Shown: in pieces, positions 29,878-39,637 of the stretch
How positions within the stretch are numbered: the stretch's first letter is position 1
Layout: each line of letters starts with the position of its first letter
Notes under the pieces: generated by a model
What the model saw: the letters and a program-made list of their open reading frames with translations, nothing else
Told to the model about the DNA's origin: nothing
The model's database searches: none
DNA from: Thermoproteota archaeon
GTDB lineage: Archaea; Korarchaeota; Korarchaeia; Korarchaeales; Korarchaeaceae
Assembly (NCBI GenBank): GCA_027491435.1
Contig: JAOZFG010000017.1
Coordinates: forward strand, 32,001 to 96,000
DNA length: 64,000 nucleotides
Direction: 5' to 3'
Position numbers and translations under genes: made by a program

Positions 29878-31086
29878 CTACTTTAGCCTAAACCTCCCCT
29901 TTATAACCCCTGCCCTTCTTCTCTCATCTTCTGTGGCGTAAAAAGCCCTCTCTAACAGGAGCTCTTCGATGGGATCGGGTTCGACGCCCCTTCTAGGGCA
30001 CATCCTCCTATAAGTCCTTATGACTGAGTCTATCTCCAGCTCGTACATGCCGACCCCTAGGGTCTTAGCGTATATGGTAAAGGGAGGTACGTCCTCAAAG
30101 GCAGTTCCGTGTAGGTGGGCTGCGATCCCCAAGGATACTCCGGCATAAGTCTTGGAGCCTATCGATAGCTTAGAGTGATCGCCTATGAAGGCCCCTACTT
30201 TGTTAAGGCCTGTGTCCGTCCCTCTGACCTTTACGTTGCCGTACGTGTTTTTCAAGTTGGAGGTTATCATGCCGGCCCCTATGTTGACCCACCTCCCAAC
30301 GTAGCTGTGACCTAAGAAGCCGAAGTGATACTTGTTTGAGTACTCCATTATTATGGACGTGGATATCTCGCCGCCCGCTCTAACAGCCCTTCCTATATAT
30401 GATCCTCCTATCCTAGCTCCAGACACTATTAAAGCTCCTTCCTCTATGTAAAGAGGACCTTTCAGGTAAGAGAAGGGCTCTATGGTTACCTTAGGACCGA
30501 TGTAGACAGGACCTTCCCTAGCATCCACTACGGAAGGCCCGATCACCTGAATGTCCTCTGATATACAAGCGTTGCCCCTGTCCCCAACTATTTGGAGGCC
30601 AACGTCCTTCCAATCGCACTTAGGTATGTCCCGCCTAAGCTCCTTTATTAGGGATAGGGGGGAGAGATCCCACAAGTTTTCCACTAAGGGCAATCCCTCT
30701 ACCCTCTCGACCTGTAACTTAGAAGCCCATTGCCCGCTCATCACAGCTTCAAGCTCTTTAGGTGAGACTAAAGCGGCGATAAGGGTTTTTCCCTGGACCA
30801 GGGCCTTGCCTAAGGGGAGGCTTTTTATACGCTTGTACAAGTTGGGTTCGGGTATCACCCTGGCGTTTATTAGCAGCAGGGGTTCATCATCTGTGGGGCG
30901 TCTGTCCTCGCTCACCCTCTCCTTGACCTCCTCTCTAACCAACCAGAAAGTCTTTTCGCCCAGTGCCTCCTCATGTTTCGAGAAAATCCTCTTGGAGCCG
31001 TAAACGAGTAATTGAACTGGCAATAACGTTGTTAGAGGTCTCAACCTCAGGGAAGCTTCGTCCTCGAAGAGAGTAGGTTGGACCAT
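29878..31086 (-). CDS. GlmU-like sugar nucleotidyltransferase/hexapeptide acyltransferase
   Basis: LFED...L.PLT N-terminus; left-handed beta-helix; NKYH.GFLGHSYVG.WVNIGAG. Confidence 0.85.
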   Translation of the reverse strand: MVQPTLFEDEASLRLRPLTTLLPVQLLVYGSKRIFSKHEEALGEKTFWLVREEVKERVSEDRRPTDDEPLLLINARVIPEPNLYKRIKSLPLGKALVQGKTLIAALVSPKELEAVMSGQWASKLQVERVEGLPLVENLWDLSPLSLIKELRRDIPKCDWKDVGLQIVGDRGNACISEDIQVIGPSVVDAREGPVYIGPKVTIEPFSYLKGPLYIEEGALIVSGARIGGSYIGRAVRAGGEISTSIIMEYSNKYHFGFLGHSYVGRWVNIGAGMITSNLKNTYGNVKVRGTDTGLNKVGAFIGDHSKLSIGSKTYAGVSLGIAAHLHGTAFEDVPPFTIYAKTLGVGMYELEIDSVIRTYRRMCPRRGVEPDPIEELLLERAFYATEDERRRAGVIKGRFRLK

Positions 31087-31158
31087 CTCTCCTCCTTGAC
31101 CCATAACGTCGACACTTTATAAGCCGGCCTAGCCCACTATTTCGAAAGGGGTGAAAAA

Positions 31159-32400
31159 TTGTCAACTACGTACGAGCTCTATGAGTTCAGGAAGTTAATT
31201 AAGGAGCTTAAAAATAAGAGGGGTAGGGGTACTGAATTAATATCGTTGTACATACCACCCGGAAGAAATGTTTATGATGTTATCAAGTACCTGAGGAACG
31301 AGTACGACCAAGCGAGCAACATAAAAGATAAGCTCACCAGGAAGAATGTACAGAGCGCCATAGAAAGCATAATACAAAGGTTGAAACTCTACAAGAAGAT
31401 CCCAGAGAATGGACTAGTGATATTCTGTGGTGCCATACCTAGGGGAAAGGATAGGGGGACTGAGAAGCTGGAGATATACGTAATAGAACCCCCTGAGCCG
31501 GTAAGGTCCTTCACTTACCTGTGCAGTCATGAGTTTCACTTGGAGCCCCTAGAGGAGATGGCTAAGGAAAAGAAAGCTTATGGGCTGATAGTCATGGACA
31601 GAGGAGGGGCTGTGCTAGCCATACTCAGAGGAGCTAACTACAGGATTGTGGACGAGGTAACTTCTGACATCCCACCAAAGCACAGCGCTGGAGGGCAATC
31701 TCAGAGGAGGTTCGAGAGGATAAGGGAGGAGAGGGTTCATGACTTCTTTAAGAGAGTTGGCATGAGGGCCAATCAAGCCTTCCTACCCTTGGGAGATGAC
31801 TTAGAAGGCATCATAATAGGCGGGCCAGGGGACGCCAGGGAAAAGTTCGAGGAGGGTAACTTCTTGGATTACAGGCTTCAAAAGAAGATAATAGCCAACT
31901 TACCGCTATCATACACTGAGGAGCAAGGGGTTAGAGAGCTCATCATGAAAGCTGAGGACGTTCTCTCAGAGTCAGCCCTTTATAAGGAGAAGAGGGCTGT
32001 CGACGAGATATTCACTTTAATAGCTAAAGGGTCTAACAGAGTCGTGTATGGGCTTAGAGAGGTGGAAGAGGCACTTCTAGCTGGGGCTGTCGAGAAATTA
32101 CTCTTATTGGAGGATTTACAGGTAAAGAGAGTCACTATAAGGTGTACTCAGTGCAAGTACGAGGAGAGCAAGTTCGTGAGGCCAGAGAAGGGGCTGAAGT
32201 TGGAGTCCTGGGAGTGTCCTAGGTGTGGTTCAACTACTGCCGAGGTGGAGGAGCAGGATATAATAGAATATTTTGGCGAGTTAGGGAAGCAGACAGGCGC
32301 TGAGGTCATTATAATATCTGCGAATACCGAGTGGGGCAATCAGCTGAAGGCCATAGGAGGTATAGCCGCCGTGCTGAGGTACGAACTGCACGGCTACTGA
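31159..32400 (+). CDS. prf1: peptide chain release factor aRF1
   Basis: GTELISLYIP, NIKD, Y.C, GGQS; zinc-finger minidomain. Confidence 0.98.
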   Translation: MSTTYELYEFRKLIKELKNKRGRGTELISLYIPPGRNVYDVIKYLRNEYDQASNIKDKLTRKNVQSAIESIIQRLKLYKKIPENGLVIFCGAIPRGKDRGTEKLEIYVIEPPEPVRSFTYLCSHEFHLEPLEEMAKEKKAYGLIVMDRGGAVLAILRGANYRIVDEVTSDIPPKHSAGGQSQRRFERIREERVHDFFKRVGMRANQAFLPLGDDLEGIIIGGPGDAREKFEEGNFLDYRLQKKIIANLPLSYTEEQGVRELIMKAEDVLSESALYKEKRAVDEIFTLIAKGSNRVVYGLREVEEALLAGAVEKLLLLEDLQVKRVTIRCTQCKYEESKFVRPEKGLKLESWECPRCGSTTAEVEEQDIIEYFGELGKQTGAEVIIISANTEWGNQLKAIGGIAAVLRYELHGY

Positions 32401-32438
32401 GAGGAAACTTTTATTATGGCATGGCCCAACTATAAACT

Positions 32439-32512
32439 AGGCCGGTGGCGCAGGCTGGTAGCGCGCCGCCTTCGCAAGGCGGAGGTCGGGGGTTCAAGTC
32501 CCCCCCGGTCCA
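32439..32512 (+). tRNA. tRNA-Ala(CGC) with A1:C72 mismatch
   Basis: CCGCC-TT-CGC-AA-GGCGG arm; G3:U70 identity pair. Confidence 0.93.
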
Positions 32513-32515
32513 CTT

Positions 32516-32590
32516 GGGCCCGTGGCTCAGACTGGTAAGAGCGCCCGGCTGATAACCGGGAGGTCGGGGGTTCAAGTCCCCCCGGGCCCA
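32516..32590 (+). tRNA. tRNA-Ile(GAT)
   Basis: CCCGG-CT-GAT-AA-CCGGG arm. Confidence 0.97.
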
Positions 32591-32595
32591 TTAAG

Positions 32596-33006
32596 GTGAT
32601 CAGGTTGAGGATTAAGCGGATTATACTGGACACCTCATTCCTCCTGGCATTAGCTCAGATGAAGGGCGTCAGCCTACATCAAATAAAGGAGAGATTTCCT
32701 AGAGCTGAAATTATAACGGTATCTCAGGTCTTAGAAGAATTAAGAAAGCTTGAGGGGAAGAGATTTGGAACCGGCGTCGCCAGGGAAGTGCTCAGGGGAG
32801 TAAAGGTTATCCACGTTGAAGGATATGACAGCGCGGACGACGCCGTCCTGAGCCTGTCTGAAGGTTTAAAGGAAGTGGCCGTCGTCACCTTTGACCTAGG
32901 CCTTAGGAAGAGGCTAGTTGAGCGAGGAATACCCGTAATCTACCTGAGGTCTAGGAAAAAGTTATTAATAGATCATCCAGCTGGTTCCTACGAGGAGCCC
33001 CTCTGA
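32596..33006 (+). CDS. PIN domain protein (Fcf1/Utp24-like)
   Basis: LDTSFL, V.EEL, ADD, T.D..L; conserved position before rpoE1. Confidence 0.85.
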   Translation: MIRLRIKRIILDTSFLLALAQMKGVSLHQIKERFPRAEIITVSQVLEELRKLEGKRFGTGVAREVLRGVKVIHVEGYDSADDAVLSLSEGLKEVAVVTFDLGLRKRLVERGIPVIYLRSRKKLLIDHPAGSYEEPL

Positions 33007-33034
33007 ATCCGGAATCGGACTAGGTGATAGGTGA

Positions 33035-33604
33035 ATGTTTTACATCGCAGAGATGAGCGATATAGGTTATATAAGGCCCCTTGACTTGAAGGGGGATGTG
33101 AAAGAGATACTCAGGCGGCAGTTTAGCGGCAAGTATGTTGGTAAATACATTGAAGACTTAGGCTTGGTACTCGATGTATTGGAAGTAACTAGTGTTGGAT
33201 TGGGAAAATCTTTCATTGGAAGTCCCCATATATACCTAAAAGCTGGCTTCAAAGTATTAACGTATATGCCAATCAGAGACGAAATTATCGAAGGTGAAGT
33301 GGAAAATATAGTTGATTATGGAATGTTTGTATCGATCGGTCCGATAAACGGGTTCGTCCACATCTCCCAGTTAGGAAACGACGTGTTCATACATAGAGGG
33401 GGAATCCTTCAAGGTAAGAAGAAGAAAGTTAAGTTCTCAATAGGTGATGTGGTGAGAGCCAAGGTCACAGCTGTGAGTAAGCCCAACTTGGCAGCCGCCC
33501 TTAGGGGAGAGCCAATAGTTAGAGTTTCTTTAACCATGAGACAGCCCGGCCTAGGTAAGCTTGTAGAGGAAGGTGAAAAGGTTGCCAAAGTACAAAGCGT
33601 GTAG
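33035..33604 (+). CDS. rpoE1: RNA polymerase subunit Rpo7 (E')
   Basis: EGEV....YG.FV.IGP..G.VH.SQ, LTMRQPGLGK. Confidence 0.95.
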   Translation: MFYIAEMSDIGYIRPLDLKGDVKEILRRQFSGKYVGKYIEDLGLVLDVLEVTSVGLGKSFIGSPHIYLKAGFKVLTYMPIRDEIIEGEVENIVDYGMFVSIGPINGFVHISQLGNDVFIHRGGILQGKKKKVKFSIGDVVRAKVTAVSKPNLAAALRGEPIVRVSLTMRQPGLGKLVEEGEKVAKVQSV

Positions 33605-33770
33605 GATCTGTAAGGCCTTGACAACCGAGGACAGGTGTCCCATTTGTGGGTCTACCGATCTAACTTACAATTGGGAGGGAATAATAGCTGTAATTGACCC
33701 GCTAAGGTCCAAGCTAGCCCAGTCTTTGGGTTACAAGAAACAGGGGATATACGCCCTGAGGGTGAGATAG
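33582..33770 (+). CDS. spt4: transcription elongation factor Spt4 (RpoE'')
   Basis: KAC..C...CP.CGS..L...W.G, YALRV. Confidence 0.95.
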   Translation: MPKYKACRICKALTTEDRCPICGSTDLTYNWEGIIAVIDPLRSKLAQSLGYKKQGIYALRVR

Positions 33771-33811
33771 ATCTTTAAATATGTTAGGGATCGCCTGATG
33801 TGTTGGGAGGA

Positions 33812-34111
33812 ATGATGAAGGTGGAAATTATAGAGCGGAGGCCTAATGAGCTACTTCAGAGGGAGGAGGTGCTGGCCAGGATAGAGTTCGAGGGGGGAAC
33901 GCCTTCAAGGAAGGAAGTCAGGGAGGAACTAGCCAAGGCTTTGGGCAAGTCACCTGATGCGCTATTCATAAGGAAGATAGAGACCGAATACGGTTTAACT
34001 GAGGCCAAAGTGTTCGCTATGGCCTACTATGACAGGAGGATCGCTCTGATGATAGAGCCCGAGCATATCATAAGGAGGAATGAGGGAGGAGGTGAGAAGG
34101 GTGAAGCATAA
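33812..34111 (+). CDS. rps24e: 30S ribosomal protein S24e
   Basis: N.LL.R.E, TPSR.EVR, EP.HI..RN. Confidence 0.95.
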   Translation: MMKVEIIERRPNELLQREEVLARIEFEGGTPSRKEVREELAKALGKSPDALFIRKIETEYGLTEAKVFAMAYYDRRIALMIEPEHIIRRNEGGGEKGEA

Positions 34112-34259
34112 ACCCGTTCAGGTTTGGAAGTATTATTCGATAGAGGGGGATAAGTTGGTCCTTAAGAAGAGGAAGTGTCCTAGGTGCGGCTCGTTCATGG
34201 CGGAGCATAAGGATAGGTGGACCTGCGGCAAGTGCGGCTACACCGATTTCAAGAAGTAA
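34101..34259 (+). CDS. rps27ae: 30S ribosomal protein S27ae (absent from ORF track)
   Basis: Manual translation [52 protein letters not shown]. Confidence 0.95.
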   Translation: MKHKPVQVWKYYSIEGDKLVLKKRKCPRCGSFMAEHKDRWTCGKCGYTDFKK

Positions 34260-34337
34260 CGTCCTCGACTACCGACGATTGATGTATTTCCTTTTAAATA
34301 GGTTGGGTACAGGATACCTGATGCTTTAGGCGAGGGG

Positions 34338-35564
34338 ATGAGCTTGAAGTCTATAATCAAGTCTGCCTATAAGAGAGCTGAAGAAGAGCCTATTGAAACC
34401 CCAGATAAGGTGGCCCCTGAAGATTCCATGCTTAAGGAGTTCGTTGAGAAGGTAAAGGCTAGGATAGTTATCATGGGGATAGGAGGTGCCGGCAGCAATA
34501 CGATCACTAGGCTGAACGCAATTGGTATAGATTCCGTAGAGACCATAGCTGTTAACACCGACGCCCAACACCTCCTCACCACCTCTGCTGACAGGAAGAT
34601 CTTGATTGGAAAGGAAGTATGCGGGGGCAACGGCTCTGGAGGGGATCCTAGGATTGGTGAAGAGGCCGCTAGAGAGAGTTCTGAGGATATTAAAGAGATA
34701 CTGGCTGGGACCGATATACTCTTCCTGATGGCTGGGCTGGGAGGGGGCACCGGGACGGGCGCCAGTCCTGTAATAGCGGATATAGCTAAGCAGCTAGGGG
34801 CTGTTGTAGTGTCAATAGTGACCCTTCCGTTCTCTGCCGAGGGGATGAAGAAAAAGGAGATAGCCATGGAAGGACTTGCTAGGCTAGCTAAGTCCTCAGA
34901 TACTATAGTCGTGGTAAACAACGACAGGATCTTGGATATAGCCAAGGAGCTCCCCCTGTATCAGGCGTTCTTCATATCCGACGAGATAGTCGCCAGGGCC
35001 GTCAAGGGAATGGTGGAGATAGTCATGAAGCCCGGACTCATAAACGTGGATCTGGCTGACCTTAGAAACGTACTTGAGAAGGGAGGCCCAGCCGTACTCA
35101 CCTTCGGCGAAAGCGATGGAGAGAACAGGGCTATAGAGGCAGTAGATGACGCGTTAGAAAACCCCTTGCTGGACGCTGATATATCTGGCGGGAAAGCGGC
35201 CATAATTAACATAACCTCTGGACCTGATTTCTCCCTGAACGAGATGGAGCAGATCGTCGAGACAATTGTCGGATCATTAGATCCCAACGCTAACGTTATA
35301 TGGGGAGCTAGGATAGACGAGAGCTTGAAGGGATCGGTCCAGGTGTTGTTGGTGGTTACGGGGGTCGCTTCCCCATCAGTAGAGGCAGCACTTCAGGGCG
35401 AGTTTGAGGCCCCGGCTACCTTGGAGAGAACTACAGTTCCTAAGGTGGAGGTTAAGACTAAGTTGAAGGGTAAGAAGACCTTAGAGAGGAAAACCGTCCC
35501 TATAAGACAGGCAGGAAAGAAGAGGGAGAGTTACAGTGGAGACTTCGGCATAGACGAACTGTGA
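34338..35564 (+). CDS. ftsZ1: cell division protein FtsZ1
   Basis: GGAGSN, AGLGGGTGTG, NVDLAD; precedes secE-spt5. Confidence 0.97.
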   Translation: MSLKSIIKSAYKRAEEEPIETPDKVAPEDSMLKEFVEKVKARIVIMGIGGAGSNTITRLNAIGIDSVETIAVNTDAQHLLTTSADRKILIGKEVCGGNGSGGDPRIGEEAARESSEDIKEILAGTDILFLMAGLGGGTGTGASPVIADIAKQLGAVVVSIVTLPFSAEGMKKKEIAMEGLARLAKSSDTIVVVNNDRILDIAKELPLYQAFFISDEIVARAVKGMVEIVMKPGLINVDLADLRNVLEKGGPAVLTFGESDGENRAIEAVDDALENPLLDADISGGKAAIINITSGPDFSLNEMEQIVETIVGSLDPNANVIWGARIDESLKGSVQVLLVVTGVASPSVEAALQGEFEAPATLERTTVPKVEVKTKLKGKKTLERKTVPIRQAGKKRESYSGDFGIDEL

Positions 35565-35574
35565 GGTGTCCGTG

Positions 35575-35736
35575 ATGTCCCTGTTGGAGGACATAGTACA
35601 GGCTTTAAAGCTCGCCGAGAAGCCCAAGTTCGATCAGGTGATGACCACGTTCAAGGTCACAATGGCCGGCTTTCTCATAGTTGGTATAATAGGCTTCATC
35701 ATACAGCTGACGGCAACTCTCCTGTCGACTGGGTAG
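35575..35736 (+). CDS. secE: protein translocase SecE/Sec61-gamma (absent from ORF track)
   Basis: Manual translation MSLLEDIVQALKLAEKPKFDQVMTTFKVTMAGFLIVGIIGFIIQL...; LA.KP plus TM helix; conserved position. Confidence 0.9.
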   Translation: MSLLEDIVQALKLAEKPKFDQVMTTFKVTMAGFLIVGIIGFIIQLTATLLSTG

Positions 35737-35748
35737 GGTGTACCTTGG

Positions 35749-36252
35749 ATGGAAGGGGCTGCTGAAAGAGAGGAAGTTAAGGCCAAGGCCATATTCTTCG
35801 TAGTAAGGACCAGCGCTGGTCAAGAATTGAACGCTGTGAGGCTTTTAGCGGCCAGAGCCAACACTATGGGAGCCAAAATTAGGTCTATCCTCTTTATTCC
35901 CAAGTTTAAGGGGTACTTGTTTGTGGAGGCTGACAGGGAGTATGAGGTGAGGAGGCTGGTTAGGGGATCCTCTAAGGTAAAGCTTATGACCACGAGTCCC
36001 GTGTCCATGAGTGAAATAGAGGATCTCCTGGCTTCAGAAGCTTCCACCATCGAGATAGAGAAGGGAGATATAGTCAAGATAGTCAAAGGAAACTTTAAGG
36101 GGTACAGGGCTAAGGTGCTCTCTGTATTGGAAGGAGGTAAGGGGATGATCTTGGCAAAGCTACTGGATATAGATAGGGATTGGGAGGTTAAGATCCCAAT
36201 AGATCATGTGAAGCTTGAGAAGAAGGTTGAGAAGGAGGAAGAGGTGAGGTGA
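35749..36252 (+). CDS. spt5: transcription elongation factor Spt5 (NusG)
   Basis: [16 protein letters not shown] motif GD.V.I..G.FKG. Confidence 0.95.
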   Translation: MEGAAEREEVKAKAIFFVVRTSAGQELNAVRLLAARANTMGAKIRSILFIPKFKGYLFVEADREYEVRRLVRGSSKVKLMTTSPVSMSEIEDLLASEASTIEIEKGDIVKIVKGNFKGYRAKVLSVLEGGKGMILAKLLDIDRDWEVKIPIDHVKLEKKVEKEEEVR

Positions 36253-36253
36253 A

Positions 36254-36736
36254 TTGGCTAAGAAGGTCGTTAGAGTGATGGTCGTTGGAGGAAAGGCCAC
36301 ACCTGGTCCGCCCATAGGGCCTGCCCTAGGAGGACTGGGCCTCAACATGGGGCAGGTTGTAAAGGAGATCAACGATAAGACTAAGGAGTACGCTGGCATG
36401 AAAGTGCCTGTCGAGATAGAGGTAGACCTGGAAACCAGGCAGTTTGAGGTGAGGGTTGGCACTCCGCCCACCTCTATGCTAATATTGAGGGAGCTAGGGC
36501 TTGAGAAAGGATCCTCTGACGCTGGAGGGAAGAAGGTAGGTGACCTAAGCATGGAACAGGTGGTCAAGATAGCTAAGATAAAGTTGAACGATGCCAACAC
36601 CAAGGACCTGAAGAAGGTCGTCAAACAAGTCCTTGGGACAGCTTTATCTATGGGGGTCACAGTAGAGGGAAAGGACCCAAGGGAAGTTCAGAAGGAGATA
36701 GATCAGGGTCTCTGGGATCAGGTTATAGCAGGGTGA
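36254..36736 (+). CDS. rpl11: 50S ribosomal protein L11 (uL11)
   Basis: [21 protein letters not shown]. Confidence 0.98.
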   Translation: MAKKVVRVMVVGGKATPGPPIGPALGGLGLNMGQVVKEINDKTKEYAGMKVPVEIEVDLETRQFEVRVGTPPTSMLILRELGLEKGSSDAGGKKVGDLSMEQVVKIAKIKLNDANTKDLKKVVKQVLGTALSMGVTVEGKDPREVQKEIDQGLWDQVIAG

Positions 36737-36740
36737 TCTC

Positions 36741-37424
36741 ATGTCTCACGTAATTGTTGAGGATAAGGCCCTAGAGATAATAAGGAAGGTTCTGGAGGAG
36801 AGCCCTAAGAGGAGGTTTAAGGAGGCGGTGGACCTCACAGTGGTGCTCAGGGGTATCGACTTAAAGAGGGACCCTAACGCCAAGATAAACGAAGTTGTAG
36901 AGCTTCCTCACATGCCCAAGAACAGACCCGTCAAGATAGCTGTCATTGGAAAGGGGGACTTCGCCCTCAAGGCTAAGGAAGCGGGAGCCGACGAAGTGTT
37001 GAGTTTGGAGGACATAGAAGCTATGGCCGGTAACAAGAAGGCTTTGAAGAAGTTAGCCAACAAGTACGACTTCTTCATAGCACAGGCGGATCTGGTACCG
37101 AAGATCGCTAGGATCATAGGTCCTGTCTTTGGCCCTAGGAACAAGATGCCGGTAACCCTGCCTGCCACAGCTGTGGACAAGTTGCCGGACATGATTAACA
37201 AGCTTAGGAAGTCCGTGAGGATAAGGATGAGGGATCAGCCCCTGTTCCACGTGAAGGTGGGGTCCCGAGATATGTCTCCTGAGGAGATACTGGAGAACGT
37301 AAAGACCGTCCTGTCCGTTGTTGAGAGGAAGTATGAGGATCCCAACAAGATAGCCAAAGTGTATATAAAGACGACAATGGGACCAGCATATGAGTTGCCC
37401 ATAGTCTATCATAAGAGGAGGTAA
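36741..37424 (+). CDS. rpl1: 50S ribosomal protein L1 (uL1)
   Basis: RRF.E.VDL, GPRNKMP, KTTMGP. Confidence 0.97.
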   Translation: MSHVIVEDKALEIIRKVLEESPKRRFKEAVDLTVVLRGIDLKRDPNAKINEVVELPHMPKNRPVKIAVIGKGDFALKAKEAGADEVLSLEDIEAMAGNKKALKKLANKYDFFIAQADLVPKIARIIGPVFGPRNKMPVTLPATAVDKLPDMINKLRKSVRIRMRDQPLFHVKVGSRDMSPEEILENVKTVLSVVERKYEDPNKIAKVYIKTTMGPAYELPIVYHKRR

Positions 37425-37428
37425 GATC

Positions 37429-38304
37429 ATGTCTTTGCTTATAGATCCTGGAAGGAGAAGCAAGCAGAGGATTAGAAAGGCCAAAGTGATGGAGAAGTTC
37501 ATAAAGCTGGTTCAGGAGTATCCAGTGGTAATGTTGGCTGACTTCACCAGGGTACCGGCGGATCACTTTCAGAGGGCCAGGAAGGAGCTAGCTCCTAACA
37601 TTAAGTTCTACGTGATAAAGAAGAGGTTAGCAAAGAAAGCGGCCGAGATGGTGGAGAGAAAGGGGTTAAAAGAGCTCCTGGAGAGGATGCCCCAGAACCT
37701 AGTAGTCATATTGAGCAAGGAGGATCCATTTGAAACCTACAGAAAGGTGACTGAGAGTAAGGCGGAGGTCTTTGTGAAGCCTGGAGAAGTCGCTGAGGAC
37801 GATATAGTCATACAGAAGGGTCCAACTGACTTGGCCCCAGGGCCCATACTCACAGACCTTAGAGCCATGAACATCCCAACCAAGATCCAAGGAGGTAAGA
37901 TAGCCATAGCCCAGGACGTCGTCATCGTCAAGAAGGGGGAGGTGGTCTCCAAGCAGGTGGCCGACGTGCTTAAGAACTTGGGAATAAAGCCAGTTAAGGT
38001 AGGTTTCAAGGTCACTGGAGCCATAGATGAGGAAGGCATACTCTACTTGCCTGAGGTGCTTGCCGTAACTAAGGAAGAGATATTGGAGAACCTAAGCGCT
38101 GCCATATCTAGGGCGTTGACCCTCGCCTTGGAGATTGAGGAGATAAACAAGTATACCGTGAGGCCTCTCACAACCAAGGCTGTGCTTCAGTCCATGGCCT
38201 TGGCCACTGAGATAGGGTGGATAACCGATAAGACGCTCAGGCCAATAATTGCTAAGGCAGTGGCCGCTGCTAGAGCCCTCAAGGAAAAGGTAAATTTTGA
38301 GTGA
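37429..38304 (+). CDS. rpl10: 50S ribosomal protein L10/P0 (uL10)
   Basis: GPT.L.PGP, IPTKI..GKI.I, L.IKP; three stalk helices. Confidence 0.95.
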   Translation: MSLLIDPGRRSKQRIRKAKVMEKFIKLVQEYPVVMLADFTRVPADHFQRARKELAPNIKFYVIKKRLAKKAAEMVERKGLKELLERMPQNLVVILSKEDPFETYRKVTESKAEVFVKPGEVAEDDIVIQKGPTDLAPGPILTDLRAMNIPTKIQGGKIAIAQDVVIVKKGEVVSKQVADVLKNLGIKPVKVGFKVTGAIDEEGILYLPEVLAVTKEEILENLSAAISRALTLALEIEEINKYTVRPLTTKAVLQSMALATEIGWITDKTLRPIIAKAVAAARALKEKVNFE

Positions 38305-38379
38305 AATGAGAAGAAGCAGGGGGATGACCGGAGGCACCAGCCATGAGGGAGTGATTTAATGCGCGCATTAGGGACCCCC

Positions 38380-39513
38380 TCAGGAAACATCCCCCAGATA
38401 TGGCTTATAGGACTCCAAGGCGTCCTTCCACTCTTTTTCTCCGAATAACCCCTTCTCCTTTTGCCACTTTTGTAATTCGTAAAGAGGCCTTAGCAGATCC
38501 GGATCACTCATGAACTTCTCTCTTAACCCCTTGAACTCGTTTATAAAGTGTTCAGCAACGAAGTGTTTCAGGTCCAGTGGATGTATCTCCCCCTCCCTGT
38601 ATGCCCTTTCCAGCTCCTCATAACTGTTTATTTCTATCTCACCTCCTCCCCTTGACCTAGATCTAGGCAACTTAACCGGAGACTTCCATGGCAGGATTAA
38701 GTACTTCATGGCGGCCAGCATAGGGTTTATCAACCTCCCCTCCTCATCAAAGCTCTCATTCCATGGAGGGCAGAAGGCTGCCTTCACCTTGGAGGCTATT
38801 ATCTCCGGAGGGTCGTGGACTGCTATGTGTGATTTAGGTACGCTGCTGCTCATCTTCCCACCTTTCTCCAGACCTGGTATTAAAGGCAGGTGGATAGCTG
38901 AGGGCACGTACTTCTCGACCCTTAACTGAACTGGCGATGAGAATACATCCCTAGCTAGAGCGTGTATCTTCCTCTGGTCCGTTCCACCTATGGCTACCTT
39001 AACCCCCAGGTAGAGTATGTCCAAGGCTTGCATCAACGGGTAGACTATATGTGACACCATTGGATCCTTGCCCCTGGCTATGATAGTCATGGCCCTCCAA
39101 GCCCTGTTCACCGTTACCTTCTGGGAAAGGGTGAGCAGGTCCATCACGTAGTCCTCAGAAAGTTCAAAGTCGCTACCCAACACGATCTCTATTTCAGGAC
39201 TACCTAGCTCGTGAAAGACCGTCTTCCAGTAAGTCATCGATACCTCTTTTATCACATCTTGGGGTCCCTTGAGGTTTAGTATGGCGTGAATGTCTGCCAT
39301 TAAGGCTATGGAGTGAAAGCCCGCTTCTATCATGTCCCTAAGCTTGTAGATTGTTATTAGGGTTCCCACGTGAATGGGACCTGATGGCTCGTACCCTACG
39401 TATGTGTTCGGCCTACCTCCTTCCTTTACTATTCCCTCAATCTCGTCGATCGTCATCACGAACTCTTCCTGAGGTTCAGCTACGTTTCTGAGAACTAACT
39501 CGATGGGGTCCAA
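38380..39513 (-). CDS. tyrS: tyrosine--tRNA ligase
   Basis: YVGYEPSG.IHVG, YPLMQALD, GG.DQRKIH, KMSSS. Confidence 0.96.
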   Translation of the reverse strand: MDPIELVLRNVAEPQEEFVMTIDEIEGIVKEGGRPNTYVGYEPSGPIHVGTLITIYKLRDMIEAGFHSIALMADIHAILNLKGPQDVIKEVSMTYWKTVFHELGSPEIEIVLGSDFELSEDYVMDLLTLSQKVTVNRAWRAMTIIARGKDPMVSHIVYPLMQALDILYLGVKVAIGGTDQRKIHALARDVFSSPVQLRVEKYVPSAIHLPLIPGLEKGGKMSSSVPKSHIAVHDPPEIIASKVKAAFCPPWNESFDEEGRLINPMLAAMKYLILPWKSPVKLPRSRSRGGGEIEINSYEELERAYREGEIHPLDLKHFVAEHFINEFKGLREKFMSDPDLLRPLYELQKWQKEKGLFGEKEWKDALESYKPYLGDVS

Positions 39514-39573
39514 CGTCCCACCGGGAGTTGGGGCTAGGGGAATTAATGAACTTTAGGTGTGAGGGAGGTAGTA

Positions 39574-39633
39574 GGCCTCAGGGTAGGTCAGTCAACACAT
39601 CCAGTTCGTAGTCGTCGCCAATCATCATTGGCC
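39574..39633 (-). ncRNA. C/D box guide sRNA (predicted targets in 16S helix 34)
   Basis: GGCC-A-ATGATGA(C)...ACGA(D')...TGTTGA(C')...CTGA(D)-GGCC; both guides complementary to conserved archaeal 16S segments. Confidence 0.85.
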
Positions 39634-39637
39634 AACC

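Noticed and set aside
31300-31340. aRF1 NIKD instead of NIKS as a sign of an altered genetic code
   Set aside because: The fourth position varies among archaea, and TAA, TAG and TGA all terminate conserved genes in this window.
38302-38346. TGA readthrough or selenocysteine extension of uL10
   Set aside because: The extension NEKKQGDDRRHQP does not resemble the P0 tail, and no SECIS-like element is visible.
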